DNA from: Felis catus
Taxonomy: Eukaryota
Direction: 5' to 3'
Assembly: GCF_018350175.1 (NCBI RefSeq)
Contig: NC_058368.1
Span: 143,532,001 to 143,596,000, forward strand
DNA: 64,000 bases
The stretch's first letter is position 1. Every line of letters starts with the position of its first letter. The notes under the pieces were generated by a model. That model was not told where the DNA came from. It did no database searches and saw only the letters and a list, made by a program, of their open reading frames with translations. The position numbers were made by a program, and so were the translations under genes. Of the stretch, positions 62,074-64,000 are shown in pieces.

Positions 62074-62325
62074 TGGGCATGCAAGAATATTGGTGCAGCC
62101 ACTCTGGAAAACAGTATGGAGGTTCCTCAAAAGACTAAAAATAGAACTACCCTACGACCCAGCAATTGCACTACTAGGCATTTATCCACGGGATACAGGT
62201 GTGCTGTTTCGAAGGGACACATGCACCCCCATGTTTATAGCAGCACTATCAACAATAGCCAAAGTATGGAAAGAACCCAAATGTCCATCAATGGATGAAT
62301 GGATAAAAAAGATGTGGTATATATA
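62074..62325 (+). mobile_element. Internal fragment of a young L1 ORF2 (no 3'UTR or poly-A)
   Basis: Uninterrupted peptide VQPLWKTVWRFLKRLKIELPYDPAIALLGIYP...[35 protein letters not shown]. Confidence 0.95.
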
Positions 62326-62530
62326 TATATCTATCTATATATATATAGATATATATATGGTATATATATCTATATATATATAGATATATATACATATATA
62401 GATATATACACCATGTGGTATATATATATACGTGATATATATATAGATATAGATATAGATATAGATATAGATATAGATATAGATATAGATATATACACAC
62501 ATCTTCTTTATGTGGTATACATATATATAC
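62318..62530. repeat. Complex (TA)n/(ATATAG)n low-complexity array
   Basis: Direct reading. Confidence 0.9.
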
Positions 62531-63364
62531 CACATCTTCTTTTTTCATTGCTCCTTTTCACCATATGAAATAATACTGGAATTAATCTCTGCATTAAACA
62601 GGCATTTATTAAGTACTTGCTGCACGTAAAAGAATTTGAACCCTGATCTAAGGAAACTTGCGATCTAGATGGGACATTCATCAGCAAATAAATACATAAT
62701 ATGTTTTAAATATTATGGTGGTGGGAATCTAAAGTTCTCTGGGAGCTGCACAGAGGGAGATTAATTCTGGGTTGGAAACTGGGGAAGGCTTTACCAAAGA
62801 CAAGTTGGGAAGCAGAAGGGGAAGGGAAGGGCACTCTCAGAGAAATTATTTGTGTTTGTGGAAAACTCTTTATCTTCTAAATTTGCAGAATAAACTTAAT
62901 TCTGCTTTTAACTTAAAGAATATTCCATATTTGCACTCTAGCAACAATAGGAGTAAGATGAAAAAATTATCTAGGTAGGAAAAAGGTCTCAAATAAGATT
63001 AAAATACACATCCTCTGCATCTTGACTTATGATGCCTTTCCTCTCCAAGGTTGGGATTTTTCAGTGAGAAAGAGGGGTTTGCCAAGATAAACAATTATTT
63101 GCAAGGTTTGTAGTATATTCTTTTAGAAATGTAATATTAAAGACTTGTGATAACCTCAGAGGATAGAAAATACATTCATTTAAGAGATGGTTTACTTAAG
63201 TCATAAATGTGATTGTTATGGGAAAGTGAATTTACCTGCTTAAGTTATAAGTGGACTCAATAATTGTATTAATTCATCCATTTGATGTACTGAATTAGAT
63301 AGAAGGCACCTGATTTCTTAGTCTAGTTTTCTCCCTGCAAAGTGCTTGCAATTAAAGCATGCCT

Positions 63365-63764
63365 GGGGCAGCTGGGTGGCTCAGTTGGTTAAGCTTCTGA
63401 CTTTTGACTTTTTTTTTTTTAATATTTATTTGTTTTGAGAGAGAGAATGCATGGGAGCTGGGGAGGGGCAGAGAGAGAGAATCCCAAGCAGGCCTCATGC
63501 TCAGAGCAGAGCCTGGTAAGGGGCTCAATCTCTCGACAGTGAGATCATAACCTGAGATGAAATCAAGAGTTGGCTGCTCAACCTACTGAGCCACCCAGGT
63601 GCCCCTGAACTTTTGACTCTTTATTTCGACTCAGCTCTTGATCTCACGGTTTGTGAGATGGAGCCCCAAGTGGGGCTCTGTGCTGACAGCATGGAGCCTG
63701 CTTGGGATTCTCTCTCCCTCTCTTTCTGCCCGTCCCCACTCAAAATAAATAGATAAACATTAAA

Positions 63765-63816
<52 letters not shown>

Positions 63817-63817
63817 A
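63365..63817 (+). mobile_element. CanSINE with an (AAAG)n tail (outer element of a nested pair)
   Basis: Head at 63365, body resumes at about 63619; flanks share gcatgcct. Confidence 0.9.
63410..63605 (-). mobile_element. CanSINE inserted antisense inside another SINE
   Basis: TSD acttttgact at 63400-63409 and 63609-63618. Confidence 0.92.
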
Positions 63818-64000
63818 CGCATGCCTTTGGCCAATTTTGACCCAAACACATGACAAATCTTGTTTTTCTGTAGGTGTTAAAATAGTCAGGGCTTGGTGAT
63901 TGGTTTGAAAGATTAAGCAAGGAATGATCTTCAGGAATGATGCTCAGCTTGTTGGCTTCGGTAAGGAAGTAGGTGGAGAAGATGTCCAATGCTACATGGG

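Noticed and set aside
62090..62383. ORF as a functional protein
   Set aside because: It is a small internal piece of L1 ORF2 with no start context and runs into TA repeats.
1..64000. The many 60-186 aa ORFs in the supplied track as genes
   Set aside because: None resembles a known cellular protein. Many use non-ATG starts or are translations of SINEs, L1 or microsatellites, and their density is what chance gives in mammalian DNA.

Overview
This is non-coding mammalian DNA from a cat-family (felid) carnivore, judged from about 20 tRNA-derived CanSINE/SINEC copies with felid-type internal sequence and carnivore L1 3' ends. No intact protein-coding gene, RNA gene or CRISPR array can be supported. 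Almost all ORFs in the track are chance ORFs or repeat translations. The window is a mosaic of SINEC, L1, L2, MIR, MaLR/ERV solo LTRs, hAT-Charlie DNA-transposon relics and microsatellites. The one gene-derived feature is a processed HMGN1 pseudogene (+ strand, about 31486-32896), interrupted by a SINE. The most notable observations are: two SINEs stacked at one site with a triple target-site duplication (TSD); a tail-less young L1 fragment with fold-back junctions that looks like a break-repair patch; an ancient CR1 relic that still reads in frame; a strong bipartite CTCF motif beside a CpG-retaining patch; a 51-bp dispersed duplication; and several templated-insertion or palindrome scars. 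I found no convincing new multi-gene system. Repeat subfamily names come from recalled consensus sequences and need RepeatMasker/Dfam confirmation; boundaries of old repeats are approximate.
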